58,482 bases of DNA from Macrostomum lignano (taxonomy: Eukaryota): contig NIVC01003540.1 in NCBI GenBank assembly GCA_002269645.1, positions 1 to 58,482 on the forward strand, in the 5' to 3' direction. Shown here one piece after another: positions 11,199 to 21,402 of this stretch; the stretch's first letter is position 1; each line of letters opens with the position of its first letter. The translations under genes and the position numbers were made by a program. The notes beneath the pieces were generated by a model. The model ran no database searches and had not been told where the DNA came from. It saw only the letters and a list, made by a program, of their open reading frames with translations.

Positions 11199-12493
11199 AT
11201 GAACGACCCACTGACACCAGTTTTCTACAAAATTAACAAGCCTATTTTGAGTGATGATAGCACAATCAAAGCGACTCAGGTAAGAGTTCCCAGTCAGGAA
11301 AATCAGAATGAAACTAATCTTGGTCCTGGCCAAACACTGACATTTACATACAATGGATGTTCGTCTTTGGTCAGTGTCCACAGTCTAAGGAGCGGCTTCT
11401 ATATGACGTTTCAATTCAAAACTAAAGGAGGCGCAGACGCCGCTCATGCTAATGATGATCTACACAATGCGGATGTCGCACTAACCAGTAATTTCTGGGC
11501 TTATATGTTCAAAGAGTTTAATGTGTCCAATGGAAGTACAGAGTTGGAAAGAATAGCAAACTTTGGTGTGGTCTATGATACCCAGTGCTTGATTGAGAAC
11601 CCGGATTTTATTCAGATGGGGAGCGGTGCTGGATTCATCCCCAATGAACAGACAGGAGATGAGAATGACCCTGGTTACAAAAAGAGAAAGGAGAGATACA
11701 ACTATGCTCTTGCTGGTGAGAACGATGCTGCTAAGAATCCGCTGTTTAGGTCTGTAGATATTTTTGTACCTTTGAGGTTTATGAGTGGTTTCTGTAATAG
11801 TTTCAATCGGTTGACAAGCAACTTTAGCTACACATTTAGACTGACTAGAGATGATCGGAACAGAGGAATTTGGTCGGGGCCAATCATACATCGATGGAGA
11901 TTAAGCTAACTAGCGTGGAGCTGTACTTAGAAATTATTGAGCCCAAGACTGCACTCAAAGCTGAATACTTGAAGGCGATTGAGAAAGACATTGATGTTGC
12001 TTATACAGCTTATATGTGCAGAGATGAGCGGAATGACGCAAGACACAATATTTGCATTAAAGAAGGCTCCTGTAGCAATCCAAGGTACATTATTGTCACT
12101 ATGAGGAATACAACTAATGTAGGTAGATATCTACATGGAAACATTCGATCGATTCAGCATGAGATCAGTGACAATTTATACCCTGCATTGCCACAAAATG
12201 GGAATTTCTCGGAGAACAAGATTAGTAAGTTTTACAATGAACTGTCGGACTTGGCTGTCAAAGAGAATAACGGTATTGTTTTGACAACCTTGCAGTATAA
12301 AAAACTATATCCAATATTTGGTGTTGATGTGACTGCTAGACAAATGCCTACAGACAATAGCCCTGTTAACATTGTGACTAATATCGAGCGGAAAGAATTT
12401 GGTGCCGCAACGGCTGTTGATCTGTTTATTATCTATGCATTTGAGAGGAAGATCAAGGTCAATATGATCAATAACTCGTCTAGTAAAGTTTGA
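11199..12493 (+). CDS. Double jelly-roll major capsid protein (frameshift at ~11870)
   Basis: ~430 aa when joined; PRYIIV, LYPALP..FSEN..SKFYNEL, YKKLYPIFGVDVTARQ; directly upstream of the penton. Confidence 0.85.
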
Positions 12494-12515
12494 ATAATTT
12501 TTTTTCAATAAAAAA

Positions 12516-13373
12516 ATGGAAGCCATAGCCGAAAGACTGAACAACATTGTTTCACACTCTAAGGAGAGCATTCCAATCACTGTAGCGGGTCGCATTACTG
12601 AGTCAAACGGAATCTTCATTCAAAAATTGGAGCAACCACTTCGTTTGGATCCCGAGGCGAATTACCACGTCTATCTCAATGATTTCACTGGGTGGTCAAA
12701 TGTTCCCAATGTGACAGCGGAAAATAACAAGTTTTATTACAAATGGAAGCGTACTACAACAGAGGTTGTGATATTTCCTGTCAGCACACAGAGCGTGGAT
12801 ACTTATAATTACTTCTTGGAGAACGTCTTCACTAAACGAAAGCATTTTGAGATACCGGATGAAAGCAAACCAGAAAATAAACTGTTCCCTGTTAGATTAA
12901 CTTATGATCTAACTGTCATGAGAGTTGTCTTGCAAGTTCATAAGGACGCAGAGGTAGAGTTTAAAGATGGCACTTGGTATCGCGAGTTGGGATTTGAAAA
13001 GAGAGTTTATGGTGGCGCCACAGACCAAAGCCCGCTGCAGGCGCCTGGCACTGTTGCTGTGTCCCGGCTAATATCCGGTATGTACTTGGCGCCAAATATC
13101 GCTGACATTGTCAAAGGTTTGAATATATTAATTCGCAGCAATCTGAGCCATGATTGGATATTCAAGGGCAAACGAACCAACATACTTTTTAACATTTCAA
13201 ACTCTGTTGCTGGTGGCAAAATGCTTGTGCAAAAGCCAAACCCCGTGAAAAGAGTGATTCTGAGTAATAGAGAGATACATGAAATCATTCTGCAGTTTGA
13301 AACAGAGGATGGCGTTGGTGTCGATTTTAACGGGGAAGAGTTTGTGCTAACAATTATTATTGAGAGAATGTGA
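12516..13373 (+). CDS. Minor capsid protein (penton), 285 aa
   Basis: PLRLD...L.DF.G.S.VPNVTAENNKFYY; IRSNL; C-terminal EIILQFETEDG..VDFNGE. Confidence 0.85.
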   Translation: MEAIAERLNNIVSHSKESIPITVAGRITESNGIFIQKLEQPLRLDPEANYHVYLNDFTGWSNVPNVTAENNKFYYKWKRTTTEVVIFPVSTQSVDTYNYFLENVFTKRKHFEIPDESKPENKLFPVRLTYDLTVMRVVLQVHKDAEVEFKDGTWYRELGFEKRVYGGATDQSPLQAPGTVAVSRLISGMYLAPNIADIVKGLNILIRSNLSHDWIFKGKRTNILFNISNSVAGGKMLVQKPNPVKRVILSNREIHEIILQFETEDGVGVDFNGEEFVLTIIIERM

Positions 13374-13434
13374 GTCGTCTTCAGACTTGTAAAATTACGA
13401 TATAAGCCGCCAGGTACAACCGTGTAGTTGGCTA

Positions 13435-13671
13435 CTACAACTGCCTTATAACTTCAGCAAAGTTATAATAGCTGTCAAAATTGTTAATGACTACTCCGTG
13501 TTTTTCAAACCAGTGAGATTTAAGTGCTTGATTAATATTAGGGACATTGATATCAACGCCGGGCCAATATTTTCTCATGTACTCGCTGCATTCTAGTTTG
13601 CATTGGTACTTACTCTTGTAATTAGGCTCGTGCGCTTTGTAATAAGAACCTGGGGAGACAACTGGAAACAT
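13435..13671 (-). CDS. Small orphan ORF next to the terminal repeat, 78 aa
   Basis: AAAAATG start as in the other element genes; no recognisable motif. Confidence 0.4.
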   Translation of the reverse strand: MFPVVSPGSYYKAHEPNYKSKYQCKLECSEYMRKYWPGVDINVPNINQALKSHWFEKHGVVINNFDSYYNFAEVIRQL

Positions 13672-13828
13672 TTTTAGAGAAAATTTAGATTTTTTTTCAA
13701 AGGGTAAGGACCCTGGGTTAGGGGATTTAAAGTCTTAGGGATCTGGTAGCACGTTGCGGATTGAATGTGGGGAGAAGAATGCAGATTATTTTCTGATTGT
13801 TTCGAAGATGCTATGGGTGGATTTGGAG

Positions 13829-14137
13829 CTGTTATGCTCAGAGCATAAACCCTCAGAGCATAACAGTAGGACACCTGTTATGCTCTGATTCTGTCAGGGA
13901 TAATATGGATGGATTTAATGGGATTATGGAGGATGTTTTGTGAGCGAGTGCGACCCCCTTTTTTCTGATTCTGTCGGGGATAATATGGATGGATTTAATG
14001 GGATTATGGAGGACGTTTTGTTAGCGAGTGCGACCCCCCTTTTTTTCTGATTCTGTCAGGGATAATATAGATGGATTTAATGGGATTATGGAGGACGTGA
14101 AAAATTTTGTCCCAAAAGCCCCCTCATGCCTTCTACT
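13829..14137. repeat. Right terminal (TIR) region of the Polinton: 14-bp hairpin plus ~80-bp subterminal repeats (x2.6)
   Basis: TCAGAGCATAACAG (13853) and CTGTTATGCTCTGA (13875) are inverted. CTGATTCTGTC(A/G)GGGATAATAT... recurs at 13885, 13965 and 14047. Ends in CTACT. Confidence 0.75.
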
Positions 14138-15462
14138 TGGCTTTGAGCTGGGGTGAGTTGCCTTGTGGCTTTGAGCTGGGGTGAGTTGCCTTGTGGCTTT
14201 GAGCTGGGGTGAGTTGCCTTGTGGCTTTGAGCTGGGGTGAGTTGCCTTGTGGCTTTGAGCTGGGGTGAGTTGCCTTGTGGCTTTGAGCTGGGGTGAGTTG
14301 CCTTGTGGCTTTGAGCTGGGGTGAGTTGCCTTGTGGCTTTGAGCTGGGGTGAGTTGCCTTGTGGCTTTGAGCTGGGGTGAGTTGCCTTGTGGCTTTGAGC
14401 TGGGGTGAGTTTCCTTGTGGCTTTGAGCTGGGGTGAGTTGCCTTGTGGCTTTGAGCTGGGGTGAGTTGCCTTGTGGCTTTGAGCTGGGGTGAGTTTCCTT
14501 GTGGCTTTGAGCTGGGGTGAGTTGCCTTGTGGCTTTGAGCTGGGGTGAGTTGCCTTGTGGCTTTGAGCTGGGGTGAGTTGCCTTGTGGCTTTGAGCTGGG
14601 GTGAGTTGCCTAGCGGCTTTGAGCTGGGGTGAGTTGCCTTGTGGCTTTGAGCTGGGGTGAGTTGCCTTGTGGCTTTGAGCTGGGGTGAGTTGCCTTGTGG
14701 CTTTGAGCTGGGGTGAGTTGCCTTGTGGCTTTGAGCTGGGGTGAGTTGCCTTGTGGCTTTGAGCTGGGGTGAGTTGCCTTGTGGCTTTGAGCTGGGGTGA
14801 GTTTCCTTGTGGCTTTGAGCTGGGGTGAGTTTCCTTGTGGCTTTGAGCTGGGGTGAGTTTCCTTGTGGCTTTGAGCTGGGGTGAGTTGCCTTGTGGCTTT
14901 GAGCTGGGGTGAGTTGCCTTGTGGCTTTGAGCTGGGGTGAGTTGCCTTGTGGCTTTGAGCTGGGGTGAGTTGCCTTGTGGCTTTGAGCTGGGGTGAGTTG
15001 CCTTGTGGCTTTGAGCTGGGGTGAGTTGCCTTGTGGCTTTGAGCTGGGGTGAGTTGCCTTGTGGCTTTGAGCTGGGGTGAGTTGCCTTGTGGCTTTGAGC
15101 TGGGGTGAGTTGCCTTGTGGCTCCGAGCTGGGGTGAGTTGCCTTGTGGCTTTGAGCTGGGGTGAGTTTCCTTGTGGCTTTGAGCTGGGGTGAGTTGCCTT
15201 GTGGCTTTGAGCTGGGGTGAGTTGCCTTGTGGCTTTGAGCTGGGGTGAGTTTCCTTGTGGCTTTGAGCTGGGGTGAGTTGCCTTGTGGCTTTGAGCTGGG
15301 GTGAGTTGCCTTGTGGCTCCGAGCTGGGGTGAGTTGCCTTGTGGCTTTGAGCTGGGGTGAGTTTCCTTGTGGCTTTGAGCTGAGTTGCCTTGGCTTTGAG
15401 CTGGGGTGAGTTGCCTTGAGCTGGGGTGAGTTGCCTTGTGGCTCCGAGCTGGGGTGAGTTGC
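14138..15462 (+). repeat. 28-bp minisatellite (~47 copies) containing GGG|GTGAGT donor motifs
   Basis: Unit TGGCTTTGAGCTGGGGTGAGTTGCCTTG. Confidence 0.97.
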
Positions 15463-15666
15463 ATAGCGGCTTGTTCTTCTAAAAAGTTAGAGGCAGAGCA
15501 GTGAGACTTCTGGAGAGGCTGTGAATTCCTGAACAAGCAGTGAGATTCTTGATGGCCGGGGTAGATCGTCTTGCAGAGGTCTACGAAGGTGAGACTTCTC
15601 AAAGACGCCCAGCTGTCATCATCAGGTGCTGCATTCACACAAAGCTGACCCAACTGAACTCCGCAG

Positions 15667-16959
15667 CCCCTCCGGGATGAACTCCAGAAGAGCTGGATGG
15701 ATCTGCTGAATCCCAAAGGCAGCCCGCTTTACTTCTGGTGAGTCGCCTGCTGATGAAGTCAAATTCCAGTCTCACTAGATCTCCATCCAGTCTCACTAGA
15801 TCTCCATCCAGTCTCCCTAGATCTCCATCCAGTCTCACTAGATCTCCACCCAGTCTCACTAGATCTCGACCCAGTCTCCCTAGATCTCCATCCAGTCTCA
15901 CTAGATCTCCACCCAGTCTCCCTAGATTTCCATCCAGTCTCACTAGATTTCCATCCAGTCTCACTAGATTTCCATCCAGTCTTCCTAGATCTCCACCCAG
16001 TCTCACTAGATCTCATCCGAGCCTCACTCCTCAAATCTAGGCGTGAAGAGTTCAAGAAGCACGGCTCTTGCGTGGCAACTGATCCCAGGTTCAACACAAC
16101 TTTTTTGTACTTTAAAGCAGCGCTTCAGCTTAACCAAAAGTACAACCTGAGCGAGTGAGTTCAGCTGCAATGGCTTTCGCCGTGATTTAATAAGCAGTTC
16201 ATCACCTGCACCATCTCTGATAAACTTCAGAATGTTGCAAAAGGGGGCGTGACGCCCAGCTCAACCCCTATTGATGTACGTTTGGCCTCGCGGCTGTGAA
16301 CTGATTATGTGGCTCCTTTTATGACTATTACGAGCTAATGCTAGCTAAGAAATTCTGAACTGTCAACTCGCACCTCTGACACCCCCAGGCATCCAAGATT
16401 CGCAGCGCGCTGCAGAGCGCCTTCGGCTTCAAGCCCATGGTCCGCTGCGCCAAGACGGTGAGATCATACTCACCCCACTCCGACACCCACCCCACTCCGA
16501 CACCCACCCCACTCCGACACCCACCCCACTCCGTCACCCACCTCACTCCGACACCCAACCCACTCCGACACCCACCTCACTCCGACACCCACCCCACTCC
16601 GTCACCCACCCCACTCCGACACCCACCCCACTCCGACACCCACCCCACTCCGACACCCACCCCACTCCGACACCCACCCCACTCTATTACCAAACAACTT
16701 GCAGAATGGCCAGACATTTCTGTACGAGCTGCGCCTGTGCTTCGCCAAAGACCTGAGCCCGAATGATTGCAATGAGGAGCCTCAGCCTGCCCGCCCCTTC
16801 ACGGTGTGGGGTGTGCTGGAGAAGACGGCGGCCCAGCTGCACCAGATGCTGTTCGGCTGGTCGACCCCGGGGTCGGTGTGGCTGCCGCGCCGCTCGAACG
16901 GGACCTACGAGTGCGGCGACGGCGAGCTGGTGCTGCTGCCGGACGCCGCTCAACGATGA
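15667..16959 (+). CDS. RNASET2: Ribonuclease T2 family, 3' exons: 15667-15737, 16041-16154, 16231-16275 (1 nt short), 16389-16457, 16705-16959
   Basis: Spliced product LRDELQKSWMDL..FWREEFKKHGSC (CAS II)..YFKAALQL..KYN..IRSALQSAFGFKPMVRC..LYELRLCFAKDL; GT-AG boundaries at each exon. CAS I exon not found. Confidence 0.8.
15767..16030. repeat. 21-bp intronic minisatellite
   Basis: Unit CCAGTCTCACTAGATCTCCAT. Confidence 0.92.
16470..16684. repeat. 17-bp intronic minisatellite
   Basis: Unit CCGACACCCACCCCACT. Confidence 0.9.
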
Positions 16960-17479
16960 TTTCTCTGAGGCTTGAAAAACGCCAAAATGTCACTAATTTA
17001 TCAAATTAACTCGGCAAAGTTTACCAGCTGAGCCGCCTAATTCCCTCACAGGTATTCTAGAACCATGATTAAATAAAAAAGCATTACAGAACTCGGTGCG
17101 GCTTGATAATTCAGCCAGCAATTTCAGCATGTACTTTTGAAACGGCTTTGCTAAGGTGAATTCTAACAAAATTTGTATCTGCCTCAAGCCAGCTGTGGGG
17201 TAAAAATGACTAAAATGGCTGCTGGTCACCTGACCAGGGCTAGCAGCGCTGACAGGTCTGCACCTGGCGGTCTCCCGCCGCGAAGCAAAACCAGCGGCAC
17301 CTGGCCGCGGCAGGGGGGCACCGGCCATGAAATTGGAGAGTTTGGGAACGGCTGCTGCGCCTGCGGGCAAACTGACTGTTCCGCAGCTGAATTTACCTAA
17401 TTTTTAACCGCCAGCCACCGCGGGGAGTCTCTACTGCGGCAGGTTTTTCCTTCTCATCGTCACAATTTTATGAAGCTTT

Positions 17480-19350
17480 TTAAGTTGCCGCCCGCTTGCC
17501 GTACTGCAGCGGCGGGAAGTTGACGCGGAAGCTGACGTGGGAGGCGCACAGGGTGGTCAGCAGCTCCAGCAGCTCGGCCAGCGAGATCACGGAGGACCCC
17601 ATCCAGAGGCCGAGGATGCCGCCGAGATGTGACAGCAGGTCCACGGTGGAGTAGCTGCGCTCCTCCGCGATGTACACCACGCTGAGGCTGAACGGGTACA
17701 CCTGCACCCTTAAGAAGTGCCTGGAGATGAACTTCTGCACCTGCAGGCAGTGCGACTCGTTCGCGAACCTCCTGCTGCTGTCCATGCGGGTGCAGTCGCC
17801 GGGCCGCAGCCGCCGGGCCCGCACGGCTCTCACCACAGCGGGCAGGCGGGCATCGGGCAGGCTGGAGTTGGCGAACTGCTTCAGGTACGAGTCCAGGATG
17901 CCCGAGAAGGTCTGGAAGATCAGCCTGGCGTCGTAACGGCCGTGCAGGTGGCTGGCGGAGTCGGGCAGCTCGGAAGTGAAGATCTGAAACTGGTAGCTCG
18001 ATGAGGAGCACTGGTCCTCTGCGTGCTCAGCCTCCTGCACCAGCTGCTCGGCCAGTCTCAGGTGGCAGCGCAGCGACTCCCAGTTGCTCCACAGGTCCGG
18101 CATGTTGAGCCTGACGAGCTCCCTGCAGGCTGAGAAGTTCGCCGCCTTGAGCAGCCCATCGCACAGGTCGCTGATTCTCCGCTGGAATCTTCGGAAGCCG
18201 CCGCTCTGAGCGTCGAAGAGGTCGGCGCAGTGCCGGCTCGGCCTCAGGTGCGTCGGCAGGCCGACGGGGCCGGTGGGGAGGCAGCCGCACCTGGCCTGCA
18301 CCTGCGCCGCCTCCTGCCACTCCAGCCGGTCCGCCAGGCTGGTCTTGTAGGTCCTCACCGTGGGCACCAGCGGGTCCCGAACGGAGAACTCCGAGGCCTC
18401 CTCGCACGGTCTTTGCGGCGTGTTGAGCAGCTGAGTTCGCACCTCCCGGAGCCCGATCTTCGTCTCGTGGCTGGTGGCAGCCATGATGGAGTCCTCGCTC
18501 ACCCTCGGCATCGAGTCGGGCTCGTGCGCCGTCACCAGCACCCCGTTCGTCTCCAGACCCGTATCCGTTGAGCCGTCCAGCATCGCCGGGTCGCTCCAGT
18601 TGCGGAAGTGCGGGTCGGAGGCTGGCGAGTACATGATGAGGCTCAGGCCATCGTGCGGCCTCTCCTGGCTGCCCTCGGGGCGGAAGGTGAAGCAGTTGCC
18701 GTACTGCCGGTGGTAAAAGGCCGAGAACTGCGAGGGCTGGCACAGCGAGCCGCAGAACTTGCACTGGATCAGCAGGTCCTGCACGGACAGCCCCAGGGCG
18801 GTGGCGTTTCCAAGAAAGTGCAGCCCCGGCACCGACTTGGGCAGCTCGAAGACGCCGTGCGAGAGCGTCAGGAAGCTGCTGAGGTCCGGGATTCGCTTCA
18901 GCGCGTCGGGGTAGCCCGCCCTGAAGAAGCGCATCTGCCAGGCCTCGCACACGGTCACGCTGGGGAATCTGAAGTCGTTGAGGATCTCCCGCGTTGAGGA
19001 CTGCAGTGGGAACTTGTAGTACTCAGACACTGCTGGAACACGTGCAGGCCCAGGCAGCTCAGCATCACGGCCAGGACCGCCGCCCACGCGACGCCGCAGG
19101 GCGTTGAGCCCACGTGCCACAGGCCGTGGATTGCCGCGGTGTCCAGGAACTTCGCCACCGTCCGCCTGCGATGGCGGGACAACGCCAGCTGGCGGCACTT
19201 GGCGCCACCAACGACGGAGGCTGGCGCGGCTGGGGCGCGGGACGGCCTCGTGGATGCGTGGACCGCCGCCGACTCCTCCCGCAGCACCCACACAGGCGGC
19301 TCCTCCAGCGGGATCTGCACCGCTCGCTGCGACTCCGAGCAGTCGGCCAT
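17480..19350 (-). CDS. DEG/ENaC (ASIC/FaNaC-like) sodium channel, single exon, frameshift at ~19030
   Basis: Pre-TM1 FLDTAAIHG, TM1, YYKFP..FPSVTVC, YGNCFTF, Cys-rich thumb, and TM2 LLSHLGGILGLWMGSSVISLAE. Confidence 0.9.
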
Positions 19351-21402
19351 TGCCAAGACAGGGATCTCTGAGCTCGCACCCTCGAGGAGGAGAGCAGGAT
19401 ATACGGCTCGTAGAGTGGGGCGTGAGGGCGGGAGGCAGCCACTCCCGCCTGGATTCGCTGCGGCTGCCTCACTCAATCAGCAGCCTCAGACCCAAATCCT
19501 CTCCATCTCTCCCGGCCCGGCCAAAAAGTCGGCCAGATTAGTGCCTGGCAGCACGGAGATTATGAATCGGCCACCCCATGTGAGTGTCTGCCGCAGCCCC
19601 GGCACTCCGGGAGATTGCATTCACCAAAGCTGGCCTGACAGATTGCGGATGACTTGGCCGCGCGAGCCGCCTCCCGGGGCTCCTGCTGGCGTTATTTATG
19701 CGGCAAGGAAACCGGCTCAGCCCTGTCCGGGCTGTCTATCTGGGCTGATCCTATAAAAAAGTGAGCCAGGCTGCTGACCGACTCAGTCGTTCCCGACCGA
19801 GCCGAACTGCTCGCCACACACGTGGCTCAATAATGCATGGCGCTCCCACAGCTCTGCTTATTGACTTGGATGCTGTTCTTCTGGAAAACAGCCTGTACTT
19901 CAGGCCATAACATGGAAAGCTTAACAAAATGGAAAGCCGCCTGCTGTCCTCGAGCATCGACCGGCCCTGTGCTCGGGTCAGACTTGATTTCTCGCTGGAC
20001 ATGGCTGGGCCAGTGGCTGCATGGGTCGAAGTCTGCGGTCACTACTCATTAGACCGACCCCCCGCGGGAGGCTGGGTCGGAGCTGCATCAGGCCCACTTC
20101 TCTCAACTCTCACAGGATCGTTGAGGTGTTCCGCTGTCTGACAGCTCGGCTGCTCCCCCTGCCAGCCATAATGGATCAAACTTGTCCTCTGCTGCCCCTA
20201 ACACGAACAGGCACAGCACAGGAGGCGTCACGAAACAGCGGCTGTGCAGTCTCATATTGATCTGTCACAGCATCATTTTTTTAGATTTCTTCTGTTTTAG
20301 CAAGTGACTGTTCGGAGATCTTCGAGATGCCATCCTCTCAGGTCCTCAGGGCCGGGCGCTAAAGCCCCCCCCCCTAGATCCGTCCCTGATTTCTTCTGCC
20401 TGCCTATAGCAAGTACAGCACGTCCTTTTAAGCAGATGCAAGCCGTATGAAAGATTTAAATAAAGGATTACACATGCCATTTTCCAGAGCCATTATCATG
20501 AACCCTGGGGAATCTGAGGATTTATAGAAATCCAAAATCCCCAAACACGCATATTTTATCTCATGTAAAACATTGACAAAGCGATTTCCCAAGACAACAT
20601 CGAATACTAACGTATAAAACGCCTTGTACTCGTAACTGAAACAGTGTCTTTATAGCTGTGCGTTGTCCTAATTTACTGCTCAATAAGTACCAGTTATGAA
20701 CTCGAGTCAGGCTTGTTAACTGACGCACTATATTTTATTATATTTATCATTTTATATGACATTTAATATTCCACCGATGCCAAATCTGATTCATTAGTTA
20801 AAATACAAATGTCAATTTTGTTATTATAATACCTTGTGCACCTTGTTGGCTCATCCAATATTATCCAATATACGTAGTATGTTTCAGCATTTGAACCTCT
20901 AGTAATTAACAGATGACGCAATGCCAACTCACAAGTATGTACAGTGTAAAGTGTACGTTTGCATTTTCGCCTCTATCCCAAAGATTGATCTGATTGGCTG
21001 GCGGGATCAGCCAGTCCTCTCTCCTGCGTGCCAGCTTGTGCCGTATCACAGTGGAGAGATATGAAATGCGAAAGCCAAAACCAAATTTGGACATCCAGAG
21101 TTTCTGGGCTTCGCACAGGTCATTCAGCTCTGGTGCAGACGAACTTGTAAATAAGAGGGTGTCTGCGACCTCTATAATTGGTCCAGACTGGTCCGATGAG
21201 TCATCCAGTCAATTCACCCACGCCACCACCCCGGCCCGGCACACGGCCCACACCCACCCCGCCTCCATTCAGCTCCACAAGCCAATGAATTAAAGCAGCC
21301 CCAAATAGTCAACCAAGCCTGTGACTGTGACCCTCACTTGCACTGCGAACTGTTACCGAGAAAGTCTTCGCTATTCCAGCCACAGCAGGCTGTTTTATCA
21401 TC

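Larger units (their letters stand above)
1..14137. mobile_element. Polinton/Maverick (adintovirus-like) integrated dsDNA virus; left end lies outside the window
   Basis: All core genes are clustered (integrase, pPolB, protease, ATPase, MCP, penton). AT-rich compact intronless ORFs with A-rich starts. The right terminus ...CCTTCTACT (reverse complement AGTAG) at 14137 is followed abruptly by a host minisatellite. Confidence 0.95.

Noticed and set aside
14138-15462. CRISPR-like array or long repeat protein (368-aa ORF)
   Set aside because: Head-to-tail units with no spacers in eukaryotic DNA; the ORF is a by-product of a stop-free repeat frame. The same applies to the 43-54 kb arrays.
15470-15660. 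Missing RNase T2 CAS I exon
   Set aside because: No HGLW-like motif in any plus frame and no phase-consistent exon found.
20340-20390. CCCCCCTAGATCCGTCCCTG short element end (similar at ~34350)
   Set aside because: Only one end is visible; the element cannot be delimited.
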